Below are positions 53,122 through 64,000 of a DNA stretch of 64,000 nt, piece after piece. The DNA is from Camelus ferus. Lineage: Eukaryota. Each line of letters begins with the position of its first letter. Within the stretch, counting starts at the first letter, position 1. The notes beneath the pieces are model-generated. The model did not search any database. It was not told where the DNA came from and saw only the letters and a list, made by a program, of their open reading frames with translations. The position numbers and the translations under genes are program-made. The stretch spans positions 14,200,001 to 14,264,000 of the forward strand of contig NC_045698.1 in the NCBI RefSeq assembly GCF_009834535.1, given 5' to 3'.

Positions 53122-54762
53122 CTGCGCAGGAAACAGGACATTTTAATCCACGCAGTGTTGTGCATATTTTATAAATAGAAAATTAAAAAATGTGCCTGTA
53201 GTGATACACTTATTAATGCAATCAAGCTTGAAAACAATTTCTGACTAATTCGAAATCTCATACTCTTCTTACTACATCCTGTTGGTCTCAGAAAAAGAAA
53301 AGAAGGCAGAGCACCTATTACTTACATTTAATTTACACAAACAATTCAAAATTCTTATATCATAGAAGAGGCACCCCAAATAGTTTATAAATTAATACCT
53401 TTTTAGAGTAATAAAGCATTTAAAAATTTGAGAGTGTTATATACTTAATGCGTTTGAGAGAAAGAGTAGGATAATCTGGTGGAGAAGGTCTGTTCATTGC
53501 TGGATATAAAAGATCAGAGGTTAAAGGAGAGAACTAGGTACAAGGAGACATAAAATTACATGAGTGATACCCATGAAAGTTGATGAGCTGAACAAGGGAG
53601 TGAGAATATATAGACAGAAGCAAATGGTCAATAAAAGAGCACTCGTAGGGGTCAGTGTGGGGGGGACCTGCAGGTCCAAGGAGGCAAGAGGAAAAGGGAC
53701 TCCAAATGAGATAGACAGGAAGAAGCAAATCAATGAACAAATAATAATAAAATATATATTGTAAATAAATAGTAAAAACCACGACAATGAAAAAGTATTT
53801 TCCCAAAAATTACTGATACCGTTATAGTCCAGCAGTCTGTATATTTAGAAGAAATTAATAATAAACCTGCACTTGGAAATTTGAAATTAAATTTATCAGT
53901 AAGATAGGATGTCCTTCTGTCCCAAGATACCTTACACTTTTGCATAACCATTTTCATTTAATATCACAAATGAGAAGAAAATCAAAAATTTTAAATATAA
54001 GTCATCAAGTAAATTGGCATGTGGTCCAGGGAGTCCTCTAACTTATTACCTCAAGCATTTGAATTGGTAACATCGTATTACTGCCTCTTTTAAAATGCTA
54101 TGTAGTTTTGTGGATAAAATGATGCCAACTGCAAAAGCACTAACTGAATAAAAAGTTAAAGTGCCAGGCTCAGTAGGCTCATGGGAATACAGTTCGTAAC
54201 AGTTATTTTTTGAAAATTCTTAGCAAGAAAAATAATTTTTCATATTTATTTACACTTTATAGATATTGTTCACGCTTGAGGTATATAGATTAGCACGTGA
54301 AAAAGATTATTTGCTTTGCCATACAATTTGGTAATTTAAATTATAGTGAAAATAGCCCAAGTGCTTATTAAGGTTTGTGCAGTGATCTCATATCGCATCT
54401 CTAACTGCTAGAGCAGAAGTCTTCCTCATTTTAACATGACGGTTTTAAGATAACACATCACACTAAAACAAGGCATGCTTACTGATTACACGCAAGTCTA
54501 TCAGACCAAAATAGAGTAAAAGGTCAGTTCAGAACGTGTAACACAACAAATATCCAAAGTGCCTGATCATAAGTAAATACCTTTAAAACAAACTTTTCCG
54601 ATATAACATCACCCCTAAACCACGACATGGTTTGTAGTTTCTCATTTATTCCATGGCTCGTGTATAGGGAAGGACTGTATACACATCACTCATAAACCTA
54701 ATTAGGGAAAGAAAAAAAAAAATAGTGTCCCTGGCAAACATTTTGTTGGAAGCAGAGTTTAC

Positions 54763-54819
54763 CTGTATTATCTGAGCTTCCTTCATAGGGAAGATGGAAC
54801 AGCATTGCCTGTGCTTATC
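54763..54819 (-). other. Candidate 57-nt exon (only open frame DKHRQCCSIFPMKEAQIIQ)
   Basis: Acceptor cttttctcttttttataatacgattag|G, donor CAG|gtaaac. Confidence 0.22.
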
Positions 54820-55469
54820 CTAATCGTATTATAAAAAAGAGAAAAGTGTTAAAGTTAAAAAAAAGAAAAAAGAAGAAAACCTCTGCTTCTCGGAGTCCAA
54901 ACTACCTTCCTTTGGTGGTTAGTAACCATCTTTGTACTAATTAATGAGAGGTGATACAAAGAAAAGTGTCATTCCTCTTCTGTCCCTATGGTAGTGTTAT
55001 CTGCAAATGGCATTTCAAGCTTGATTCATGTTTTAAAGATGATGAACAAAATGAATGAGCTTGTTTATTTTTAGCATGTCCTTTGCTTTTTCTCATTTAT
55101 ACATTATCCTCACAAGTTGCAAAGCAAAATTTGTTCTCCAGCATCTGAAATAAATATCCTTAGTGTATTTATACTGCATTTAATGATTCTGCTTGGAAAA
55201 CTGTTAATCAAGAAAATATTCAGTGAGTGTCAAAATTGCCAAATCTTTAAATTCTGAAGGACTTTCAATCTCCAACCATGAAAAGTACGTAACTAAATGC
55301 CTAAAAATTATTTTCACATATTCAGAAAAATAAAGATATCTAGTTGTCAATAAAGCAAAAGTGGCAAATAAAAACAATTGATGAATGCAATTGTAGGACA
55401 CAAATGTTAGTTATACTATTCTTCTACTTTTACTGTAGTTTTAAATATTAAAAATGTAGTCTGGGGAAG

Positions 55470-56155
55470 AACACAATGAGAAATTCCTACATGTTTGCTA
55501 GGATGTCTAAAACTAGTAAGATTAACAATAAAAAGAACAACTCTCATACAATGATGTGGGAGTGTAAATTAGTACAACCATTTTGGAAGAGTACTTGGCT
55601 GTATTTGTTAGTGCTAGACGTACGCATATCCTATAACAGCATTTCCTCCTCAGTGTGTACCTGGCAATGAGGCACACATCTGCTCTCCAGAGATCAAATA
55701 TCAGAGTATTCATAGTTGTGTTATTTATAATAGTTAATAACTGGAAAGAGCCCAAATGCTCTTGAATGGTAGAATGGATAACTTGTGATCCATTCATACA
55801 ATGGAATAACCTACAACAATAAAATGAATAAAAGACTGATTCACTCAAAAATGGATGGTTTTTACAAAATTACTGTTGAGAAGCTGAACACAGAGGAGTA
55901 GTACTGTATGATTCTATTCATAAAAAACACAAGCAGAATGCATTTATGTTGTAAGAAATCAGAAAAAAAGATACATGTGAGGAAGAGGATGGGACTGTGA
56001 AAATATACAAAGAAGGTTTTTGGAATGTAGGTAATATTCTATTTTATATAGATGGTAGTTACCTGGGTATGTTCAATTATTGGTAGTTATTTATCTGTAC
56101 ACTTATAGCTTGTGTAATATTACCTATGCATGTTATACTTCAATTAAAATTTTTA
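55470..56155 (+). mobile_element. L1ME/MD-like 3' UTR fragment
   Basis: gggagtgtaaattagtacaaccattttggaa, aactggaaagagcccaaatg, tactgtatgattctatt, atgttatacttcaattaaaa. Confidence 0.85.
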
Positions 56156-56189
56156 AACATTACTTTTTAGAAGCCTGACTTGCTTCAGT

Positions 56190-57330
56190 TCTGGTCTATA
56201 AATATGTTTGTCTTACATTTCCTGGGATATAATTTGGGCTATGTGCCAGGCAATATTTAAACACTAGGGATCCAAAGGTGAATGAGCAGATAATATTCTG
56301 GTGGAAGTAGGGGGTAAGAAAAAAAAAAAAGAAATGAGTAAACTAATAAACATTATCATTGAAGAGCCTAAGAAAATAGGTTGGTAAGACAGACAGCTAC
56401 TTTAGGGAAGAGAGCATCATTTTTAATAGGATGAGATTAAGCATGAAAGATAAAGTGGTAATGATAGAAAAATATGTGGGGAGGACATTTCAGACCAAAA
56501 GAATAACAAGTTCAAGTGCCCTGAGGAAGGCTTGGCATATTTGAGGATGGAAAGCAGGAAAGTCTAGGTTGGTGACTACAGGTGGAAATAGAGTTGGAAA
56601 GGGAGGCTGGGTGAGATCATAAAGGATTTTAGAGGTCATGGCAAGAACTGAATCTTTTATTATGTGTAAAATTGAGATTCACTGAAATGTTTTGAAAGAG
56701 AAGAACAGCATCTACTTGTTCATATTTCTAAGAAGTTTCTGCTGGCTGGTCGAGAAGGGCATTTGCTGATGCAAGCAGGTCAGCGGAAAGCATGGTAGAA
56801 GATCATGGTTATTTGAACTAGCATGGTGGCAGCAGAGATGAAAGCAGTAAACATATTTTAGTGGGAAAACACAGAGAACTTGGTAGTGGTGTGAGGAATA
56901 TGGATGAAGATAGTGTAATGAACATGTCTCAGTTTTCTGATTTGTGTAAATAGTGGTATCCCTTACTGAGATGACTGAAACCATCTATCTGAGCAGAGTA
57001 AATGGGTGGTGGGATCCTGAAAAAATTTTTTTAAAGATGAAAGTTACCAGAGCACACATTTATGGGAATTATCCATGAGGAAGGAATGATTTTATGATGT
57101 AGTCAATCAAGGGGAGGAGTTGGGAGGGTCCGGGGAGGAAACCCTGAGAACAAGGTGTGGATCATAGCAGGGATGTTCCTTCAATACAATGTGAGCAGAA
57201 AAAATGAGTTGGAATAGAGATATCAGCTCATGTACAGACTTGGTGGAGAGGACATGAGATAGTAACAGTTTCACTGATTTTAGACATCTTATAACTGTGA
57301 TATTAAGTAAGGCCATCAGCTGAGATCAGG
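56190..57330 (-). mobile_element. L2 LINE fragment
   Basis: ctatgtgccaggca...ctagggat, aagtgccctgagg, ggtcatggcaaga, ctcagttttctg. Confidence 0.8.
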
Positions 57331-57384
57331 GTCAAGGGGAGAATGGAGGCTGGTTGGCAGAGAGACCTGACGGATGGAAGGGCA

Positions 57385-57495
57385 CAGGGCAGGCTCCACT
57401 GATTCAGCTACTACCCAGTGCGCTCTGTTGGGCAAGTCTGTGAACTTCTATGACTTCAGTTTATTCATGTAAAATGCAGTTAATAATACCTGCCC
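57385..57495 (+). mobile_element. MIR fragment
   Basis: ttgggcaagt...tcagtttattcatgtaaaatg...taataatacctgcc. Confidence 0.75.
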
Positions 57496-59227
57496 AAACT
57501 CCAGAGGCTCCAGAAGAGACTTCCAGTTAACATGGCTAACTATACACATATAAATAAATCATAAATGATAAACTATGTAATAAATCAAAATAAATCAGTA
57601 ATTTAACTAAAATCTGAGTTCAAAGTATAGATTAGATAATTTCTCTGAAATTTTTCATTATTTCAAATCTCTCTACTCTATAAAAATTACATCAAATTTA
57701 TTTTTTTGGCCAATGAAATGCATTTTGCCAAAATGTGCTACTTTTATATTTTATAAAATTATCTTCTTATCTGTCAATTTTTTAATGAAACACAATAAAT
57801 TGGAGAAAAAGTACTGGTATTAGATGAAAAAGTTAATATGCAGAAAAGTAAACTGTGGAGTTCCCAGGAGAAATGTCTACACTGATAAACATTTGAAGGG
57901 TAGACTCTGAACTGCGTATTTAGATAAAGCAGAAAGATCAATAACAATTAAACACAATCTGATTTGAAGCAGTTGTTATTTTAAACATTTCATGTCTCTT
58001 AGAAAATCAAACTTTCACAAAAAATGCTTTTTCGTTGTTAATAAATTAGAGAAATAAACATATATTAGTTAAGAATAAATTATTCTTGTAGAATTTATTG
58101 ATTAGAACAACCTAGCCTTTTCATTGGGTTAATGTGTTGTTCTTCCATTTTAAATATTTGGCATTTCCTTTAGTAAAAGAATGGGTATCATTTCCAGGAT
58201 GCTGACTAAGTGCCCTAGTTTACTTCCTTCTGAAAGCCACAATTTTATACTGGGAAGAGTCAGCACTTTCAGGATGCTAATACCAAATCTGTGTTAAAAA
58301 TACCTTTTGCATACACATGAAATCCTCCTTAGCACTGGTCTGGAAATGGAGTGAGATGCTTTCTCTGAGAAACAAGTGATTCCTAACAGTCACGTATCTC
58401 CAGAGTCACACAGGAGCTGCCTTTGAAGTTGGTGAGAGCATTTCATCTGAAAGGGTGATTCTTGCCTCAACAATTTCAAACCAGTGATATTCATGTGCTA
58501 TAGATTCTTGTCATTTCACAAGTGTTTCCTTCTGTTACTCAAGTGAGTACTAAAATGGCTCAAAGTAGATTTTCCTTAATGCAACTTCCACAGATTCTGT
58601 TTAAAAAATCTGAAACAAATGATTTGAAATTTCACTTTACATAATGCCCTCAATAAATCCAGCAAAAACAGTCTTCAGATATCACAGACAATGCAAAAAT
58701 GTCACAGGTTTTGGAAATCTATATAATTACAGGAAAAAGTTGAGAGAAAAATAACACATCCCTTGCAAAAAGATATTCTATATTCCACATATATGCTACT
58801 CTCCATGTGTGTATTTTTATATTTATATATACACACACATATATATATATACATATTTAGAATATCTAATTTAGTACTAGTAGTATCTAGAAGATAGTAT
58901 TATTCTAAAATTTGTTGTTTTGGCACTTTTAGAATGCACAGTGGGCACAGTAGTCAAGCAATATTCATGACCTTTAAACTACCTTGAAGAATGACCAACA
59001 CAGGTGACGACTGTCACCAGAAACATCTCAGGGAAGGAGTGTGGACTTGGCCTATAGTACTGAGAGCTCTTAGAAAAGCAGATGGCTCTAATATTCAGGT
59101 GCCTTCTTTGGGAGTCGCACAAGGTGACTTTGGAGAAAGAGTCATATAAGAACTGAAGGGGACTGAGGAGATTACAATGATTGGTAAAATCAAGAATGGC
59201 AGAGGAAAGAAGTAGGGTGTTTAGAAA

Positions 59228-59263
59228 TATAATAATAACAATAATAGTAATAGTAATAATAAT
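59228..59263. repeat. Imperfect (TAA)n microsatellite
   Basis: taataataacaataatagtaatagtaataataat; source of the poly-Leu/Ile stretches in the ORF track. Confidence 0.85.
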
Positions 59264-59295
59264 AGAGTTGAAAATAGGGAAACAGAGGAAGGAAC

Positions 59296-59712
59296 TTCTG
59301 TGGACTGAATTGTGTATCTCCAAAATTCGTACGTTGAAGGCTTAACCCATACTGTCCTGGTGTTCAGATCTGGGGTCCTTGGAAGGTAATTAGGTTTAAA
59401 TGAGGTCATGAGGGTGGGGACCTTATGAGGGGAAGAATGTCCTTGTAAGAAGAGACACAAGAGAGCGAGCTCTCCCTCCCTCTCCCTCCGTCCTCCCCTA
59501 TTCTCCTCCCCATCTCTCTCTCCCCTTAAAACACAGCAAGAAAGTGATTTGTTGATAAGCCAGGAAGACAGAAGCAAGCACTCCTCAGGAAACTAAATGG
59601 ACTAGCGCCTTGATCTTGGATTTCCCCTAGAACTGTGAGAAATAAATTCTCCCTGTTGCTTAAGCCACACATTTCATAAATTTTGTTATGACCGCCCGAG
59701 TTAACTAGTACA
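59296..59712 (+). mobile_element. ERVL-MaLR solo LTR (MLT1A-like)
   Basis: tggactgaattgtgt, ggtaattaggtttaaatgaggtcatgagggtgggg, ccttgatcttgga, agaactgtgagaaataaatt, actagtaca end. Confidence 0.92.
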
Positions 59713-61372
59713 AGAGCAAATATAAATTAGGAAGAATAAGAATGAAGATTGACAAAAGAGATGCAATGTGGCAGGGAAAAAAAAGACAGAAACAGAGCTG
59801 AAACAAGATAAGAGACAAAGGAAGACAAGGAACAGAGCGATATATTGATCTGTAGAGATTGCAATGATCTAATATTAGGAAAAATGTGGTTCACAGTAAA
59901 ATAAATAACATTCTTTCCAAAAGTTGACAAAATCTGCGTGTATATTACAATAGATTTATCTATATGCATATATGTTTACATACATGTTAACACATGTGTT
60001 TTATAGGTGTATAGGGTAAGGTATAGATGAATAAGAAATTATATTTTTGGATATTTCAGCCGAGTAGGAATTGAAGAAAGGAAAATGGAGGGTATTAATC
60101 TTTCTTATCATTTGACTGGTTATCCTGAGTAACTACCACTTAAGGAATGAAAAGAATGAATATAATAAATCAGAAAAGCAAAACACATGAAAAGAAAATT
60201 AAATGTCACAATTATGTGACACAATAGACAGATGACTTAGAGTTCAGCTTGTCTCTGGGCGCCCAGCCAGGGTCAGATCAAGCCACTGGGATCAAGAATA
60301 TGGAAGCTCAGACGGACAATTTGTTCCAGTGCCTCCAGCATCACCAACTACTCAGATTAGGCAAGACTGGTGTGCAATATTCACTTGGGTTCTCCTTCTG
60401 TCCTGGTCTGGCCCATGTGCCAAAAGAAGTCATATTTGTCATTGTTAAAGCCATGTATTAAATAGGGTTTCTGTAACGAGGTGTGAGCAAACAATATCCA
60501 CGGGGCATTTTAAAGACTGAAATAAAGTTGTAACTAGCCAGATATTGTTAGGTGATTTGCTTTAATTTGTTCTTTATTGTATATTTAAAACTTGCTTAAT
60601 ATTTTTCTATGAACATTTTTTAAATGTTATGCTTGAAAACATGAGAAAGAGCTCTTCAAACTGGGAGGATAAAGAACTTTCTCCCTATTTAGCAGTTTTG
60701 AAAAGGGTTAGCAACATCTCAGCCACTTTTTAAAAAAGTAGTTAGATCAGTGGAATGACGTAGATTTCTGTATTTCATTCTAAATCCATCTTTGTTAATA
60801 GACCACGTTATATCTTTAAACCTCGAAGCTATAGAATGCTCTGTCAAAATTAACTTTGTTTCTTTTTTAAATGGTATTGCAAAAAACTTGAATAAATATT
60901 TCTTACACTGGAAAAATAAAGAGAGGAGAGGGTGTTTTGTTTATTTTCCTGTACATTCTGTATTTCACTTTATTTGTGCATTAGTGTTTCTACTGTTACA
61001 TAAATGAATAATCTACCTAAAGGAGCTGTAGAAAATAACACTTTGTAAACCGTATTTGGACACAGGAACCAGAAGTCCAGTAAACTCATATAAATAGAAG
61101 TACAGTGCACTTAATGGGGACCAGATGGTATACATTAGGTAGGACACATTTTCTTTCATGAGGGATAATTTTAGCTTACATTCCTTTCAGAAAACATCCT
61201 TCAGGTTTGATATTATGATTCTTTCTTCAATTTAATGTTGAACAATATAATAATCTCAATTTAATGGTATAAATATTACATATTAAATAATATTCTGTAT
61301 CTTTATTCTCAGAAAGTTTGCCTGATTGGTCACTTATAAAAGGCAGAACTTAATATACCTCCTCATGCTAAC

Positions 61373-61902
61373 TGTGTTAGTTTCTTATCGCTATGGTAAC
61401 AAAGTACCACAAACTTAAGTGATTTCCAACAATGCATAGTTATTATCCTACAATTCTGTGTAGGTCAGAACTCTGACAAGGGTCAGGTCAGAAGTCTGAA
61501 ATGAGCCAGAAAGGAGCTAAAATTAGGTGTCAGCAAGGCAGCGTTCCTTTCCAGAGGCTCTAGGGGAGAATCTTTGCATTTTCCAGTTTCTAGACACTTC
61601 CCAAAGCACTTGGTCCTCTTTCTCCATATTCCAGTCCAGCAACATCACAATGGGTCCATCTCACATGTCATCACTCTGACCTCCTGTCTGCCTACCTCTT
61701 CCACCTTTAAACGCCCTTGTGAATCCACTGAGCCTACCTGATGCTGATAATCCACGATTATCTCCTTATTTTATGGAGCCAAAATGAGCAACCTTGATTT
61801 TATCTGTACTTCGAATCCTCTTCTGCCAACGTAACAACATATCCACCGGCTCCAGGAATTAAGACCTGGACACCTTTGGGGGTCATTATTCTGTGCACCA
61901 CA
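61373..61902 (-). mobile_element. ERVL-MaLR solo LTR (MLT1D-like)
   Basis: tgtgttagtttc...gtaacaaagtaccacaaactt, gaggctctaggggagaatc, cattattctgtgcaccaca. Confidence 0.92.
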
Positions 61903-62132
61903 TTAGCCCTCAATGTAGTCACCCACAGCACTTACACATTCTTTAAGTTGTTCAAAGTACTGCTGCAACTTCTCTCATAAAATTGAGTTTCAGAAATAAC
62001 ATCACTTAATCTATCTGAGATTACGGACATTCTAAGTGAAGCTTGGTTAATAAAGTGCTAGTTAATTGAACTGAACGGATTACTGTCTGTTTAGATTAAG
62101 AAACAGAACGTGATCATCAAGCCATAAAGGTT

Positions 62133-62159
62133 TGTGTGTGTTTGTGTGTGTGTGTGTGT
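62133..62159. repeat. (TG)n microsatellite, interrupted
   Basis: Directly visible. Confidence 0.9.
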
Positions 62160-62929
62160 CCCCGCATGTGTGAGTGTTCTTGTCTTGGGATAGCTGTATG
62201 AAAGAATGCTTTACTTGGTGTCAGCATCATGGATATAATCTAATAATACAGTCATCTTGCATTTTTGCTTAAAGATCAGTTTCACCACATTACAGTCACT
62301 TTATACTTGCAGCTGAAACTGTAGATTTATATCTTGGTTCTTAATATATTTCTCCCACACTTCAAAGGCAGGACATAAATCACCGGTAGGATGGCAAAGT
62401 AAAAACAGAGTCCCTTAATTGGAATATTGGCTACAGGAAACTTTTCATATCTATTCTTCTTTTATTATGATTATTTTTAGAATAATTTTGGGTTGACAAG
62501 AAGCAAAAGTGTTAGTTATCAGTAAATGAGATATATTTCATTTGTTATAAATGTGTAAGATCTGAAAAGCAGTCATCAACATGAAAATTTAGGGAAAGCT
62601 AACAAAAACATTAGATAATAAGAACCATATTGATGAATAAAATCCCCAGATGATTAAACCAATAATTTTGTGTCAACATTTGCTTTTATGACATCAAGAA
62701 GCTTTCCAGTTGTTTCTAGTGTCAGGCTCACATTAAATGTAAAATGATTACTATAAACAGAAAACTTTGAAAAAGTAAGCAGCTAGAATGCATAAGATCT
62801 TTCAAAGATGAACTTTTTTTAAATTAAGAAAATGAATTTTTATACCTAAAATGAAAATGTCCAAATGATAATGTTAGATATGTGTCTATATGTGTTCGAG
62901 AGTTTACATTTCAATAATTTTAAATGCTT

Positions 62930-64000
62930 TTCAAGACAGTCTCTTCCTTGAAATACATCTTCCCTGGCTTTCAAGACTCTCCAGTAACTGTTTCTCGTGG
63001 CTCTTCACTGTACCATGTCTCTCACTGACTCCGTGCCAGTTGAACATTTCAATCCAAAATCTTACAAAACTCAGCTCTTCCTATCTCCTGCCTGCCCTCC
63101 TTCCCTCGTTAAAATGTGTTCTGCTCAGTTCTTTCCCTCCTCAGGAGAAAACAACTCCAGCCTTCTAGGTGCTCAGCATACAGCAGACAAAACGTAGCCT
63201 TTACCTTCACTGCCCCCCACCAGCCCTCTATCTCACACGACATCGAGTCTTGTCAGCTTGAATTTCCCAATAAATACAGAATCCAACCTCTTCTCTCAAG
63301 CTCAACTGCTTGCACTCTGGTGCAAGTCACCATCTTCCTGCCTCTGAATTACTGAAATATCTCTGCAACGGGCCTCTCCCCCGTTTCTGTTCTGCCTCCC
63401 CTGGAGTCTAGTTCCAACACAGTGGCCAGAATTTCTTGTTCAGATACAGCTGATTAGTAACCTTAATTCCATCTTCATTCTTAATCCCCATTTGCCATGT
63501 AATATAACAAAGGCATCAGATCATGTCATTTCTCTGCTCAAAAATATCTAACACCACCCCAAGTCTCCTACGAAAAACCCAAAGCTCTTGCACTAATCTA
63601 TAGCATCTACACATGACCTGGTTCCCATCATCTCTTAACAGTCTCTCCTCCTCGGCTGCACTTCTGTCACATCACTCTAGTTATATGCTGGCCTCCTTGC
63701 TATTCTTCTAACAGGCCAGGCAGGCTCCTGCCCCAGGGCATTTGCTCTTGCTTTTCACCCTCCCTAGGATATGGTTTTTCAGTATCAACATTGTTCATAT
63801 CCATACTTCTTTCAAGGCTTTATTCAAAGTCACCTTCTCGGTGAGGGCTTACTAGCCATTAGAGCTAAAATATCAAACCACCACCCATCTCTTCAAAACT
63901 TTCTTCCCCATCCCACTTTCCTCTCCCCCACTTAACAATGATCAAGTTCTACAACTAATATAAAATATTATCTCCCTTGTTCCCGTCTCTCTCCTCAAAT
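62930..64000 (+). mobile_element. L2 LINE fragment
   Basis: agaatccaacctcttctc, caagtcaccatc, tcagatcatgtca, gctcctgccccagggcatttgc, tcaaagtcaccttctcggtgagg. Confidence 0.85.

Noticed and set aside
586..63355. The supplied 60-140 aa ORFs as single-exon genes
   Set aside because: Lengths are as expected by chance, many lie in L1/L2/LTR/MITE remnants, many start at non-ATG codons, and none resembles a protein family I recognise

Overview
AT-rich mammalian genomic DNA, almost certainly from a camelid (camel, alpaca or llama). The evidence is a tRNA-derived Vic-1-type SINE and three short, closely related L1 3' ends. There is no CpG island, long ORF, rRNA or tRNA gene, or CRISPR array. Nearly all ORFs in the supplied track are chance ORFs or lie in decayed repeats. 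Much of the window is interspersed repeat: L1, L2, MIR, MaLR/ERVL solo LTRs and Tigger-family MITEs. L1 fragments are almost all on the + strand, which suggests intronic sequence of a long minus-strand transcription unit. Reading by eye finds small (29-110 nt) minus-strand segments with canonical splice sites. Seven of them join in genomic order into one stop-free 109-codon frame, and there are two candidate alternative terminal exons. I do not recognise the gene, and pseudo-exons are common in such DNA, so this is a hypothesis, not an annotation. The sequence alone does not support a new biological system. Repeat family names come from recalled consensus sequences, and boundaries of old repeats are approximate.
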